Part shown: positions 1 through 9,254 of the stretch, piece after piece
Layout: each line of letters begins with the position of its first letter
Numbering within the stretch: the first letter of the stretch is position 1
The notes under the pieces: model-generated
Databases searched by the model: none
The model's input: the letters and a program-made list of their open reading frames with translations, nothing else
Told to the model about the DNA's origin: nothing
NCBI GenBank assembly: GCA_965205565.1
Contig: CBDBID010000040.1
Span: 111,451 to 175,450, forward strand
Source: Acidobacteriota bacterium
GTDB lineage: Bacteria > Acidobacteriota > UBA6911 > RPQK01 > CBDBID01
Direction: 5' to 3'
Length of the DNA stretch: 64,000 nt
Made by a program: the position numbers and the translations under genes

Positions 1-306
1 TCAAGGACTACTATCGGCTGCTTCCACCCCCTCAGAGTGATGCTGCCTGGGATGCTGCCCAGTTTTGTGACGGTTCGGAGCGGGGCGTCGTTTTCATGTT
101 CCGCTACGCTGGACTCCAGAATTTGAATTCCATTGTTCTTCGCTCACTCGATGCCGATCGGCGATACCTGTTTGAGGACGAGGGCTCCGGTGAAAGGCGC
201 ATGCTCACCGGTGAAGAAGTCCTGACTGAGGGCCTGAAGGTCCGGCTGGCCCCCAACTCGGCCCGTCTTTTTTCCTACCACTCGGTCTGAGAATTGATGT
301 TTTGAG

Positions 307-854
307 TTGAGGAAGGAATCGGTGATCGCACGCGAGTCAGGGTTGGCAGAGCAAGTTCAAGCCTTCAGATCCCGAATTTCCATTTCAAGCGGCGTTGGTC
401 TCATTGGCTGGTTGACGGCCGCCGGGCTGGCCGGGGGCGCGATTCGTGGATATCAGCTAAGGAGCCAGATCCTGGCCGACGATGAGTGGCATGCCGTTCA
501 CAAACTGCTCGACGACGGTTACTTGTCCATCGCTATCGATTTTGGTTTTTACAACCACTCCATCGGTCTGACGCTCTTCTACCGTCTCATGGCCGACACT
601 TCGGTGTGTCGGAGCTGGTGATGCGATTGCCGTCGCTGGTCTGCGGCCTGGCAACCATTCTGGTGTTGCCTCTGTTTCTACGCCCACAGGTAGGATCGCG
701 CTCGGCCGTCTACCTTAGCTGGTTGTTGGCCATCTCTCCCATTCACATTTTTTACTCTCGTCTGGCGCGTCCCTACAGCCTCACTTTGTTGGGTACGGTG
801 GTGGCCCATGGCCCTGTAGTAGTAAAACTGCTTCTGAAAGGAGGGGATCTGTGA
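307..854 (+). pseudogene. N-terminal fragment of an ArnT/PMT-family (GT39/GT83) membrane glycosyltransferase, split over two frames and truncated
   Basis: The overlapping ORFs 307-621 and 486-854 carry TM-rich N-terminal motifs of this family (RLPSLVCGLATILVL...SPIHIFYSRLARPYSL); only ~140 aa are present before the SDR gene starts. Confidence 0.3.
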
Positions 855-1621
855 AGGGTACGATTTTCGATCTCAGCGGTAAGGTGGCGTTGGTGACGGG
901 AGGGAGCAAAGGTATCGGTAAGGCGATCGCTCACGCCTTTGCCGCAGCGGGAGCCGAGGTCGTCATCTGCAGTCGCCATCAGGATCAGCTGGAGGCTGCT
1001 TTGGACGAAATCGAAGACGACCTGGGCGTGCGGGGGCGCTATTTCGTGGCCGACGTCTCGAGACGGGGGGAGTCGGAAGCTTTGGCTCGCTCAACCCTGG
1101 AGGTGGCCGGCAGAGTGGACATTCTGGTCAACAATGCCGGCAGCAACGTCCCCGAGAGCATCGACCAGGTCAGGGATCAAAACTGGGATCGCATTCTGGA
1201 GCTGAATCTCAACTCTTGCATGGCCCTGACTCGGGCACTCTCTCCCCAGATGAAGGAGCGCCGGTGGGGTCGGGTCATCCACATCTCTTCGATCATGGCT
1301 CTCTCTTCCAACGCGCAGCGCAGCGCTTACAGCGCCACCAAGAGTGCACTCGTCGGGATGGCACGAGCCAGCGCGCTGGATCTGGGTCCGGACAAGATCA
1401 CGGTCAACTGCATAGCTCCGGGTCCCTTCTTGACGGATCTGGCGAAACAGGTTCTCTCCGAGGAGGAACGCACCAGCCTGGCCGCAAGAACGGCCCTCGG
1501 GCGGTGGGGCGATGTCCGGGAGCTGGCGGGGCCGGCTCTGCTGCTGGCCAGCGAGGCGGGCAGCTACATTACAGGTTCGGTTCTGGTGGTCGATGGGGGG
1601 ATTCTCTGCCGGGTCTTCTAA
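851..1621 (+). CDS. SDR-family NAD(P)-dependent oxidoreductase (FabG-like)
   Basis: GTG start; TGGSKGIGKAIA Rossmann motif, NNAG motif, catalytic S...YSATK; 256 aa; TAA stop. Confidence 0.85.
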   Translation: MKGTIFDLSGKVALVTGGSKGIGKAIAHAFAAAGAEVVICSRHQDQLEAALDEIEDDLGVRGRYFVADVSRRGESEALARSTLEVAGRVDILVNNAGSNVPESIDQVRDQNWDRILELNLNSCMALTRALSPQMKERRWGRVIHISSIMALSSNAQRSAYSATKSALVGMARASALDLGPDKITVNCIAPGPFLTDLAKQVLSEEERTSLAARTALGRWGDVRELAGPALLLASEAGSYITGSVLVVDGGILCRVF

Positions 1622-1681
1622 CCCGGCGTGTCACGCTGTCTGGTCGTGTGGAGGCGCCCCAAGAGCGGGTGACCCCACCTC

Positions 1682-1927
1682 CTACCAGACCATGCGCACG
1701 ACCCGGTAGGTGTTCTGCAGGAAGTCCCGGGCTTTTTTCTCGGCCGTCTCCCGATCAGCCGCAGCGAAGCGGTACGGTACCCCGCCTCTACCCAGCAACA
1801 GGCAGGTATCCGACGCCTGCTCGAAGCTGAGGCCCAAATAGCCCACCCAGGTTTTCTCTTCCCGGGTGGTCCGGATCTCGACCCTGACGGCCCCGGCGAT
1901 GTCGGGCATCTGGATGTCGAATTTCAT
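1682..1927 (-). CDS. hypothetical small protein (81 aa)
   Basis: Clean ORF between the SDR gene and the TPR gene; no recognisable motif. Confidence 0.3.
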   Translation of the reverse strand: MKFDIQMPDIAGAVRVEIRTTREEKTWVGYLGLSFEQASDTCLLLGRGGVPYRFAAADRETAEKKARDFLQNTYRVVRMVW

Positions 1928-1937
1928 CGCGGGTGGT

Positions 1938-3137
1938 TCAATCGCCGAGGGAAGGAGCCGATTGGATGATCTCCTCGCGACGCCAGGTCGTGAGCTGGTA
2001 CCGCAGCTGACCGGCGAACGGAAGGTCCGGCTCCAGCCGCAGGAGGTGTCGATATTCGGAAGCCGCCTGGGTAAAGTTGCCCTCCTGGGCGTGGATGGAG
2101 CCCATCAAAAAATGAATCAGTGGGTAACGCCTCGCCTCCCGGCTCTGACTGACCTTCAAAGCCGACTTTTTGGCGGCCCCCAACTTTCCCAGGTAGTAAT
2201 TGGCCACGCCGTGATAGTAGTAAGCTTCCATGGTTTCCGGGTCCAGCTCGAGGATTCGAAGCGTTAATTCATCGACCTCCTCCCAGCGGTTGTCCCGGAA
2301 GTCGAGAGCCGCCGTGGAAAGGCATGGAGGGATGTAAGCCGGATCTGAACTCAAAGCCTTGGAGAAAGCTTCTCGAGCACCCTCCTGGTCTTCTTTGGAA
2401 AGGCGGAGTTGTCCCAGCATCTGCCAGGCTGCGGCGAACTCGGGGTACACCCAGACCGCTTTCTCCAGTTCCTTTATTGCCCTGGGGTAACTGCTGGCCT
2501 TGTTCCGGGCCAACTCTTTTCGAGCCTTCCAGTAGGCCTTGCGCGCTTTCCTAGGTGCGGCCAGGGTGTTCAGGCTGACCATGGTGTCTTGTACATCGGT
2601 CCGACGCGTCAGCAGGATCGTGCCTACATTCGGCGAGTCCCAAGCGGATCGGCTCGCTAGTTGCAGAGTGTCGGACCGAAAACCTCCCAATAGAGCCCTG
2701 ATTTCACAGCCGCTCATATTGACTCGTGTGCCGCTGACCTCGAAGTCGCTCAGAGCGGTGATTCCGAACTGGCTGATGGCCGGCTTTCTGGCACTGGCGT
2801 CCATGACGGCCGATCTCTCGTTCCCCAGCTGAAAGCTGAATCCACCGTCCGCGGACGTATAGGTCTGGGAGCGGATCTCGAAGTTGCAGAGCAGCTCCAC
2901 CTTCACCGGTTCGGGCGGTGGATTGTCGTCTTCCAGTACCACCTTGCCCGACAGCAGCAGTAGCTTTGCAAAGGATTGCCGGTTGCGCCGCCACTCTTCT
3001 TGCTGGCGAGGGTCGGGCCTCGCCCCGGGTGTGGAAGGTTGACGCCGGGAGGGTGTTTGTGGTGCCTGGGCCAGGCCGGATTCGAGAACCAAGGGAAGCC
3101 ACAGAACCCAGAAAAGCCGAAGACCCTTGCTGACCAT
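1938..3137 (-). CDS. secreted TPR-repeat protein
   Basis: N-terminal signal peptide MVSKGLRLFWVLWLPLVLESGLAQA; TPR-like helical repeats toward the C-terminus (AYYYHGVANYYLGKLGAAKK...). Confidence 0.65.
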   Translation of the reverse strand: MVSKGLRLFWVLWLPLVLESGLAQAPQTPSRRQPSTPGARPDPRQQEEWRRNRQSFAKLLLLSGKVVLEDDNPPPEPVKVELLCNFEIRSQTYTSADGGFSFQLGNERSAVMDASARKPAISQFGITALSDFEVSGTRVNMSGCEIRALLGGFRSDTLQLASRSAWDSPNVGTILLTRRTDVQDTMVSLNTLAAPRKARKAYWKARKELARNKASSYPRAIKELEKAVWVYPEFAAAWQMLGQLRLSKEDQEGAREAFSKALSSDPAYIPPCLSTAALDFRDNRWEEVDELTLRILELDPETMEAYYYHGVANYYLGKLGAAKKSALKVSQSREARRYPLIHFLMGSIHAQEGNFTQAASEYRHLLRLEPDLPFAGQLRYQLTTWRREEIIQSAPSLGD

Positions 3138-3366
3138 ACTCGATTCCTACACCTGAGATGACTGTTGAGCCGGATCGTACAACAAAGGCAGCCTGGGGTC
3201 TATGCCTTCGTACCCCATTTCATAAATACGGTCACGTTTGTGGCGAGCGCGACGGTGTTGAGGGAGAGACAAAGCTATCGGCCCGGAGGTCGGCCGCCAG
3301 GATCCCTCAAGGCCAGGAGTGGGTTTGCCCGCCCTCTGGAACCGTGACGCAAACAAGTGGCATAGG

Positions 3367-3396
3367 TTGACTTTTCCCGCACCGGAGGCGTAATTT
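3367..3396 (+). promoter_or_regulatory. candidate sigma70-type promoter (TTGACT-18 nt-TAATTT) upstream of the Tat-signal gene
   Basis: ttgacttttcccgcaccggaggcgtaatttcg lies ~50 nt upstream of the ATG at 3448. Confidence 0.2.
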
Positions 3397-3447
3397 CGAA
3401 GTAGTCGGAAATTCCTTCGGTGCGGCGAATGCGGCGGGAGCAAACTC

Positions 3448-4443
3448 ATGGAAGAAAATCCGAAAAACCTTTGCTGTGACGGTGAAACTAAGCGGGGCCG
3501 GCGGCAGTTTCTGACATCCGTCGGAACCATCTTCCTGGCGGCGGGAATCGATGGGTTGGTGAGTGGCAAGGAGGTTGCGGCGACTCGCGCGGCCTCAGAC
3601 TCGGATGAAACGCTGGTCAAGGCCCTTTTCGATACCCTGACTGCCGAGCAGAGAAAGATTGTGGTCTTACCCTGGAACGACCCCAAGCAGCGTTTTATCA
3701 GTGCCAATTGGAAGGTGACCGGACCCTCTATCGGCAGTGATTTCTACACCAGGGAGCAGCAACATCTCATCGACCGGATCTTCCGGAGCGTCACAAGTCT
3801 GGACGGCTACGAGCGCTTTCTTAGACAGATGGAGGAGGATTACGGCGGATTCGGTTCCTATTCCATGGCCATCTTTGGCCAGCCCGGTACGGGACAGTTT
3901 CAGTGGGAAATGACGGGGCGTCACCTGACCATCCGGGCCGACGGTGACAGCGTTGAAAAGTCGGCTTTTGGAGGTCCCATCGTCTATGGTCACGGCGTCG
4001 GCCATTCGATCCCCGGTTTGCCGGGGAACCTTTTCTACCACCAGTTGAAAAAGGCCAATGAAGTCTTTGGTGCCTTCGATGGAAAACAGCGAAAACGGGC
4101 GCTGCTGGCTCTGGCGCCCGCGGAAGATCAGGTTCCAGTGCAAGGTGAGCGGGGAGCCTTCCCCGGAATTCCCGTGAGGGATCTTTGGCCCGATCAGAAG
4201 ATGCTGGTGGAAGAGACCATGCAGGTGATTCTGGCGCCTTACCGCTCAGAAGACGTTGCCGAGGCTCTCGCACTACTGAAGCAGGGCGGCGGTTTCGAAA
4301 GTCTTCATCTGGCCTTTTACGAAAGCGATGATCTGGGTGAAGACCAGGAGTGGGAGATCTGGCGCCTGGAGGGTCCGACTTTCGTTTGGCATTTTCGAGG
4401 CTCTCCCCATGTCCACACCTATGTCAACATTGCCCGGGTTTGA
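3448..4443 (+). CDS. hypothetical exported protein with a twin-arginine (Tat) signal
   Basis: N-terminus ...RGRRQFLTSVGTIFLAAGIDGL matches the Tat motif RRxFL followed by a hydrophobic stretch; 331 aa. Confidence 0.6.
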   Translation: MEENPKNLCCDGETKRGRRQFLTSVGTIFLAAGIDGLVSGKEVAATRAASDSDETLVKALFDTLTAEQRKIVVLPWNDPKQRFISANWKVTGPSIGSDFYTREQQHLIDRIFRSVTSLDGYERFLRQMEEDYGGFGSYSMAIFGQPGTGQFQWEMTGRHLTIRADGDSVEKSAFGGPIVYGHGVGHSIPGLPGNLFYHQLKKANEVFGAFDGKQRKRALLALAPAEDQVPVQGERGAFPGIPVRDLWPDQKMLVEETMQVILAPYRSEDVAEALALLKQGGGFESLHLAFYESDDLGEDQEWEIWRLEGPTFVWHFRGSPHVHTYVNIARV

Positions 4444-4512
4444 AGGTTGGCCCCGCCCTGCCGGCTCAGCCCAATCCGGCCCCCGAATCCCCGCAAAGGG
4501 GAGGAGAAAGGC

Positions 4513-5079
4513 ATGACCTGGATACGAACCGTTTCCTACGCTCAGGGGGGGGCTCGGCTCAAGAAGGCCATGGATCGGCTACGAGAACTCTACCCTCCAG
4601 AGTACGATCTGCCCGTTCAAGAGGCCGGGCAACGGCAGGAGAGCGTGGTGGCGGTACATAGCTTGATTCCTGATGCTCTCTATCATGCTCTGGCGACTCA
4701 CGGTGTCCTGCTGTCTCCCGAGCTGCCGCTGAGCCGGGCGCAACAGGAGATGATCTCCACGGTGGTCTCGGTTCAGAATCGGTGCTCCTTTTGAATCGAA
4801 TCTCACGCAGAGTTTCTGCGTCAAGTTAGCCTGGACGAACCACTGGTCAAAGCTCTGCAGGAAGATTACCGATCGGCGCCGATTTCCGATCGGGACCGGA
4901 TGATGCTGGATTACGTAGTCCAGCTGACCAAGGATGCCACCCGGATTTCGCGACAGGATCATCACAAATTGGGTCAGGCGGGCTTCGAGGAGCGAGCCAT
5001 CCTGCAGATGACCCTGATTGCCGCTTGGTTCAATTACATCAACCGAGTCGCCGATGCCCTGGGCGTCGGCCGGCCTTAG
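4513..5079 (+). CDS. AhpD/carboxymuconolactone-decarboxylase (CMD) family peroxidase-related protein; candidate selenoprotein with in-frame UGA at 4792-4794
   Basis: GGAGG RBS then ATG at 4513. The reading frame continues unbroken across TGA 4792-4794 to TAG 5077-5079. The motif NRCSF-[TGA]-IESHAEF puts the TGA at the second Cys of the family's CxxC...H redox motif. The C-terminal region ([18 protein letters not shown]) is typical CMD. Confidence 0.6.
4805..4821 (+). promoter_or_regulatory. SECIS-like hairpin (ACGCAGA-GUU-UCUGCGU) starting at the 11th nt after the UGA
   Basis: Perfect 7-bp stem with a 3-nt GUU loop, preceded by a 10-nt spacer after TGA 4792-4794; total 17 nt. Confidence 0.45.
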
Positions 5080-5153
5080 TGCTCCCTACCATAGATACGG
5101 GCATGTTTGCGGAGGGGGTTTGGGAGGTGAGGTCGAGGAGCGAGGAGGAGGCG

Positions 5154-5222
5154 ATGGCGGGGCACCGTAACCAGCCTTGCCCGTGCGGCAGTGGCAAAAA
5201 GTTCAAGAGGTGCTGCGGGTGA
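5154..5222 (+). CDS. micro-ORF encoding a 22-aa SEC-C metal-binding motif peptide (MAGHRNQPCPCGSGKKFKRCCG)
   Basis: GAGGAGG RBS directly upstream of the ATG; the peptide is essentially a complete SEC-C motif (CPCGSGKK[FY]KxCCG); its stop overlaps the queC GTG start (GTGA). Confidence 0.25.
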   Translation: MAGHRNQPCPCGSGKKFKRCCG

Positions 5223-5908
5223 AGCGGGACACGGTCTTGGCCTACAGCGGAGGCCTGGATTCGACGACCCTCTTATATCTGCTGCACTCCCAGGGATGTC
5301 GTCTCCGGGCCTTGGGCGTTCATTACGGGCAGCGGCACCAGAAAGAGTTACGGGCTGCCGAAAGTCTGTGCCGGGAGTTGCAGGTGGAATTTCGCCGGGT
5401 GGATCTGTCGTCGCTGAGCCCGTTGCTGGCTGGTAGTGCCTTGACGAGTGGGGAGGTCGAGGTGCCGGAGGGGCACTATACGGACGAAAGCATGGGGCAG
5501 ACGGTGGTCCCCAACCGCAACATGTTGTTGCTCTCCGTCGCCATCGCCTGGGCGGTCAGCGCCGGGTCCGGCAGCGTGGCCTACGCGGCCCATGCTGGAG
5601 ACCATGCCGTATACTCGGATTGCCGACCGGAGTTCGTGGAAGCCATGGACCAGGCGGCCGCGCTCTGCTCTTACGCGCCGGTCCGTATCTTGCGGCCCTT
5701 CATCCACAAGACCAAAGCCGAAATCGTGGGCCTGGGACATGAACTGGGCGTGCCCTTCGAGCGCACCTGGAGTTGTTACCAGGGGCGGGACCTGCACTGC
5801 GGGCGATGCGGAACCTGCTCGGAACGAGCGGAAGCGTTCCTTCTGGCCGGTGTCCCCGATCCGACAGTGTATCGGTCGTCTCCCCCGATCCTGGGGGAGC
5901 GCCCGTAA
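5219..5908 (+). CDS. queC: 7-cyano-7-deazaguanine synthase QueC
   Basis: GTG start giving VKRDTVLAYSGGLDS (PP-loop SGGxDS); C-terminal zinc-binding CxxC...CGRCGTC. Confidence 0.85.
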   Translation: MKRDTVLAYSGGLDSTTLLYLLHSQGCRLRALGVHYGQRHQKELRAAESLCRELQVEFRRVDLSSLSPLLAGSALTSGEVEVPEGHYTDESMGQTVVPNRNMLLLSVAIAWAVSAGSGSVAYAAHAGDHAVYSDCRPEFVEAMDQAAALCSYAPVRILRPFIHKTKAEIVGLGHELGVPFERTWSCYQGRDLHCGRCGTCSERAEAFLLAGVPDPTVYRSSPPILGERP

Positions 5909-6084
5909 ATCTCCCCGCTGATCGCCAGTTCTCACGGGAGTCGGGGACGGGCAGTCGGATCGGCCAGAATCACAGGTTGACTCTCCACTGTTCCGATCAT
6001 TGCAATAAAGGGGTGGTGCCGCGCAGCCGATTCGAAGGCTTGCGGAGCCAAATCGTAAGGAGAGTGAACAGCTGGATTGGGATT

Positions 6085-7125
6085 ATGGAATGGCTTGTTT
6101 TGCCGGCCGCTGTGGTGGCCCTTTTCGGAGTCCTGGTGCTGGCTGGAGTCCTCTACCAGATGGTGGGAAGCCGGAGGGACCGATCCCGGTATCCGCCCAC
6201 GGGGCGCCTTGTCGAGGTCAGTTCTCACCGGCAGCACATCCACTGCCTAGGACGGGGCAGTCCCGTCGTGGTCTTCGATTCCGCACTGGCTGCTTCAAGC
6301 TTGAGTTGGTGGCAAGTTCAGCCTCAGGTAGCCCGCTTCACGCGAACCCTGAGCTATGACCGGGCAGCTTCGGGTTGGAGCGAGGCCGGGCCTCTTCCGA
6401 GGACCGTCGACCGCCTCGTGCAAGAACTGCGGCTGCTCCTCAAGGCTTCCGGCGAGAACCCTCCCTATGTGCTGGTGGGACATTCCTATGGGGGGCTCAC
6501 CCTGCGCCTGTACGCATCCCGCTATCCAGGCGAGGTGGCAGGAATGATTCTGGTGGACCCAGCTGATCCGAAGGAATGGCTGAATCCGGATGCGGAGCGG
6601 GGAGAAACATTGGAGGTCGGAGCCCGGATGGCTCGCCGAGGAGCCCTTCTGGCTCGTCTCGGTGTTGCCCGACTGATAGGTGACCTGGCGGCCTGCGGAG
6701 CCTTGAGCCGGGCTCGACAAATGGCATCCTGGGCGGGTCTCGGAATCTTGCAGGCACAGGAGACCCGGCTGGTGGCTCCTCTGGCCAAGCTTCCCTTGAA
6801 ATTGCGGTTGGTCGGCCGAACCTTCTGGACACGTCCCGAATTCTTCGAGGCCCTGGCCAGCCAGATTGAACACCTACCCGCCGGCGCTCGGCAGGTCGAT
6901 GCCATCGGTGATCACGGAGATGTGCCCCTGGTCGTGCTGACGGCTGCGGAATCTCCGATGGATAAGCGGCGAGCGCACCAGGCGATGGCCGCTCTTTCTT
7001 CCAGCGGGCGCCACCTGCTTGCCTCGACCCGCAGTCACTGGATCCCCATCGAGGAGCCGCAGTTGGTGATCCGGACTGTCCAGGAAGTGGTGGAGGAGGC
7101 CCGCCGCAAGTCGAGAAGCTCCTGA
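6085..7125 (+). CDS. alpha/beta-fold hydrolase
   Basis: N-terminal TM helix; nucleophile elbow GHSYGG; 346 aa from the ATG at 6085 (the ORF-track start at 5773 is probably upstream read-through). Confidence 0.7.
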   Translation: MEWLVLPAAVVALFGVLVLAGVLYQMVGSRRDRSRYPPTGRLVEVSSHRQHIHCLGRGSPVVVFDSALAASSLSWWQVQPQVARFTRTLSYDRAASGWSEAGPLPRTVDRLVQELRLLLKASGENPPYVLVGHSYGGLTLRLYASRYPGEVAGMILVDPADPKEWLNPDAERGETLEVGARMARRGALLARLGVARLIGDLAACGALSRARQMASWAGLGILQAQETRLVAPLAKLPLKLRLVGRTFWTRPEFFEALASQIEHLPAGARQVDAIGDHGDVPLVVLTAAESPMDKRRAHQAMAALSSSGRHLLASTRSHWIPIEEPQLVIRTVQEVVEEARRKSRSS

Positions 7126-7615
7126 TCCGAGGGAGTCAGCGGGTGGTCCGAAGGGGTTCAGGCAGCGGAGCTGGGAAATTCCTCAGGCTTGCGGAGATCG
7201 CGAAAAATGTCACTTCTGGGCTCAGTTGTTTGGTGTTTTCAGAAGACTCTGCTATTACCGGGTCCAACGTGGAGTCTGAGGGCCGAATCCTTCCGGGCGG
7301 GGGTTTCTCTTTCTTCAGTACCCGAGGACGGGTCGTCGGGAACTTTTTTGCGACTCTACGCCATTTCTGTCATCCTTCCATCATGAACCAGGGGTGTTTT
7401 GTGTTTTGCTGGCTCGGGAGGGTGGTGAGATTTTTCCCATTCGGGTTTGATCTGAATTCTAGTTCCAGCGCGGCGCTGGAAGCCCGCCACCAGGATGCTG
7501 AAGCCATTTGAGTCGTTGGCCGGCCCGGCGAGAGATCAGAGCTTCTCGGTAGGGGTGATTTAGTCGAAACGAGCGAGCGGGATTGATTAACGGCTTGAAA
7601 ATCTTAACTATTTAG

Positions 7616-9254
7616 CCGACATTCCTCATATCAACTTCGGATGTGAGTTCCTCTGACCTCTACATGATGAATGATCAAAACCTATCAGTCCCCCAACCTT
7701 GAATCAACCGTTCCTTCCCCATCCTTCGGCTGAAAAGGGCCTGTGATCACTGGTTTTCAAGATGCTTTTGGCAAAATCTGATAATCGGAGACACCTCTCC
7801 AGTTGCTCGATCAGAAACACTGAACGCTAAGCTGTACTCCATCTCAATCGGTCAATCCGAGACAATAGCTCGGCCCATATCTCCTGGCTTACCGCGACCT
7901 CCGCCATCTGAAATGTGACGATCCGGCTATGCCAAACTACCTTCGCTCCGATCTTGATCAGCTTAGTCAATAGGCTGCGAAGGGACCAGTGTTTGATGCT
8001 TCTAGGGAGGACCAGCCGCCGCAGGAAATTGCCCAGGTTATAGGCCAAAACGAACAGACCCAACCTCACCTGATTCGGGACAAAGCGCTGGCAGGACAGC
8101 CGTGTCCAGTTCAACGCATACTTGCCTTCCTTGATCCACTGCTCGACGGTGCCACGCCCATTGTAAAAGTGAACCACCCCTGGAGCTTGCGCGCTCATAT
8201 TGGTCACGATGAAACCGACTCTCGGAAAGAGTTCGCCGCGATGCCACTCGACCTTGGCAATCACCCGTCGAGGCCGGTCCCAACTGGCGGCTTGATAGCT
8301 GAAATCGGCAAACCAGACGACGGGTTTTCGGGGTGGACGACCCACTGGCCGGGTCAGCAGGTGTTCAATCTTTTCTTGAAGCACCTGGTTGGCGGGAAGC
8401 CGGATGGCATACAAAAAGCCTTTCTTCTCCAGGTATTGATAAATCTCCGGCTTGGCGAAGGCGGCATCCCCCCGAAAGTATTTGCGGACTTTCTTCTTCT
8501 CGTAGCGAGCCACGATTGGTTCCAGTAGCTCCTTCCAGCGATCCGCGCTGTGAACGTTGCCGGGGCGAAGCAAGGCACCTTCGCAATCTCCGAACTGGTT
8601 AAAACAAAACAGGGGATGGTAGCAGGTGCATCCAAAATGGCCGTTGTAGGCAGAGTCTTCTTGCTCGCCATGGACCGGGCTGGCTGAACTGTCCATATCC
8701 AGAATGATTCGTCGATGAGCGGTCTTCTCCAGTGCTCGTTCCACCCATTGGCCATTGACTTCCGAAAGGGCTTTGAGGTTGTCCTTAACAGACAGCATCT
8801 GGGTCTCAAATCGACCCATTGTGTTGGCACTGGCGGCATTCTTCTTGTCGATCTTCTTTCCAGTGATCCTCCGCATAGTCGGATCCACCGATAAACGATG
8901 ACCATCGTTGACATCTTCATAGCCAGCCAGGCGGCTGTATACTGATTGGCGCAGCAACGACGCGAGGTGGTGCTGGATGTTGCGCCCGGTCCGCGAATCG
9001 TCAAAAACTGAGGGTACACTATCGAATAAAGCCAACGCCTCGTCCAGGTCACGATAGGCGAGAAGTCCGGCATCCGATGTGACCTTTGCCCCATGAAATT
9101 CAAGCCTCAGACTGCCATCAATACCAAGCTTCATACCTTCACCCTTTGGGTTAGCCATTTCTTGCCCTCTTTCATAGATTATATCTGCTGTAATTATAAT
9201 GGGTTAGGGTGATATAGGGAGGCACGATGAGTGTCCCATATGGTGAATGGGGAT
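7616..9254 (-). mobile_element. IS1380-family insertion sequence, copy 1 (intact, ~1.64 kb)
   Basis: Terminal IRs GACATTCCTCATATCA (7616 end) and CCCATATGGTGAATGGGGA (9254 end); near-identical copies at 50945-52403 and a decayed one at 39395-40500. Confidence 0.8.
7827..9158 (-). CDS. IS1380-family DDE transposase (443 aa)
   Basis: Family-typical N-terminus ...KVTSDAGLLAYRDLDEALALFD and length; copy at 51040-52191 is identical apart from a C-terminal deletion and 2 aa substitutions. Confidence 0.8.
   Translation of the reverse strand: MANPKGEGMKLGIDGSLRLEFHGAKVTSDAGLLAYRDLDEALALFDSVPSVFDDSRTGRNIQHHLASLLRQSVYSRLAGYEDVNDGHRLSVDPTMRRITGKKIDKKNAASANTMGRFETQMLSVKDNLKALSEVNGQWVERALEKTAHRRIILDMDSSASPVHGEQEDSAYNGHFGCTCYHPLFCFNQFGDCEGALLRPGNVHSADRWKELLEPIVARYEKKKVRKYFRGDAAFAKPEIYQYLEKKGFLYAIRLPANQVLQEKIEHLLTRPVGRPPRKPVVWFADFSYQAASWDRPRRVIAKVEWHRGELFPRVGFIVTNMSAQAPGVVHFYNGRGTVEQWIKEGKYALNWTRLSCQRFVPNQVRLGLFVLAYNLGNFLRRLVLPRSIKHWSLRSLLTKLIKIGAKVVWHSRIVTFQMAEVAVSQEIWAELLSRIDRLRWSTA

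Noticed and set aside
3147-3707. 186-aa minus-strand ORF overlapping the start of the Tat-signal gene
   Set aside because: Arg/Ser/Pro-rich low-complexity product overlapping a better-supported gene and the upstream TPR gene end.
8354-9103. 249-aa ORF and other 80-180-aa ORFs inside the IS1380 transposase region (both copies)
   Set aside because: Alternative frames of the transposase gene with low-complexity translations; the 443-aa frame carries the family signature.
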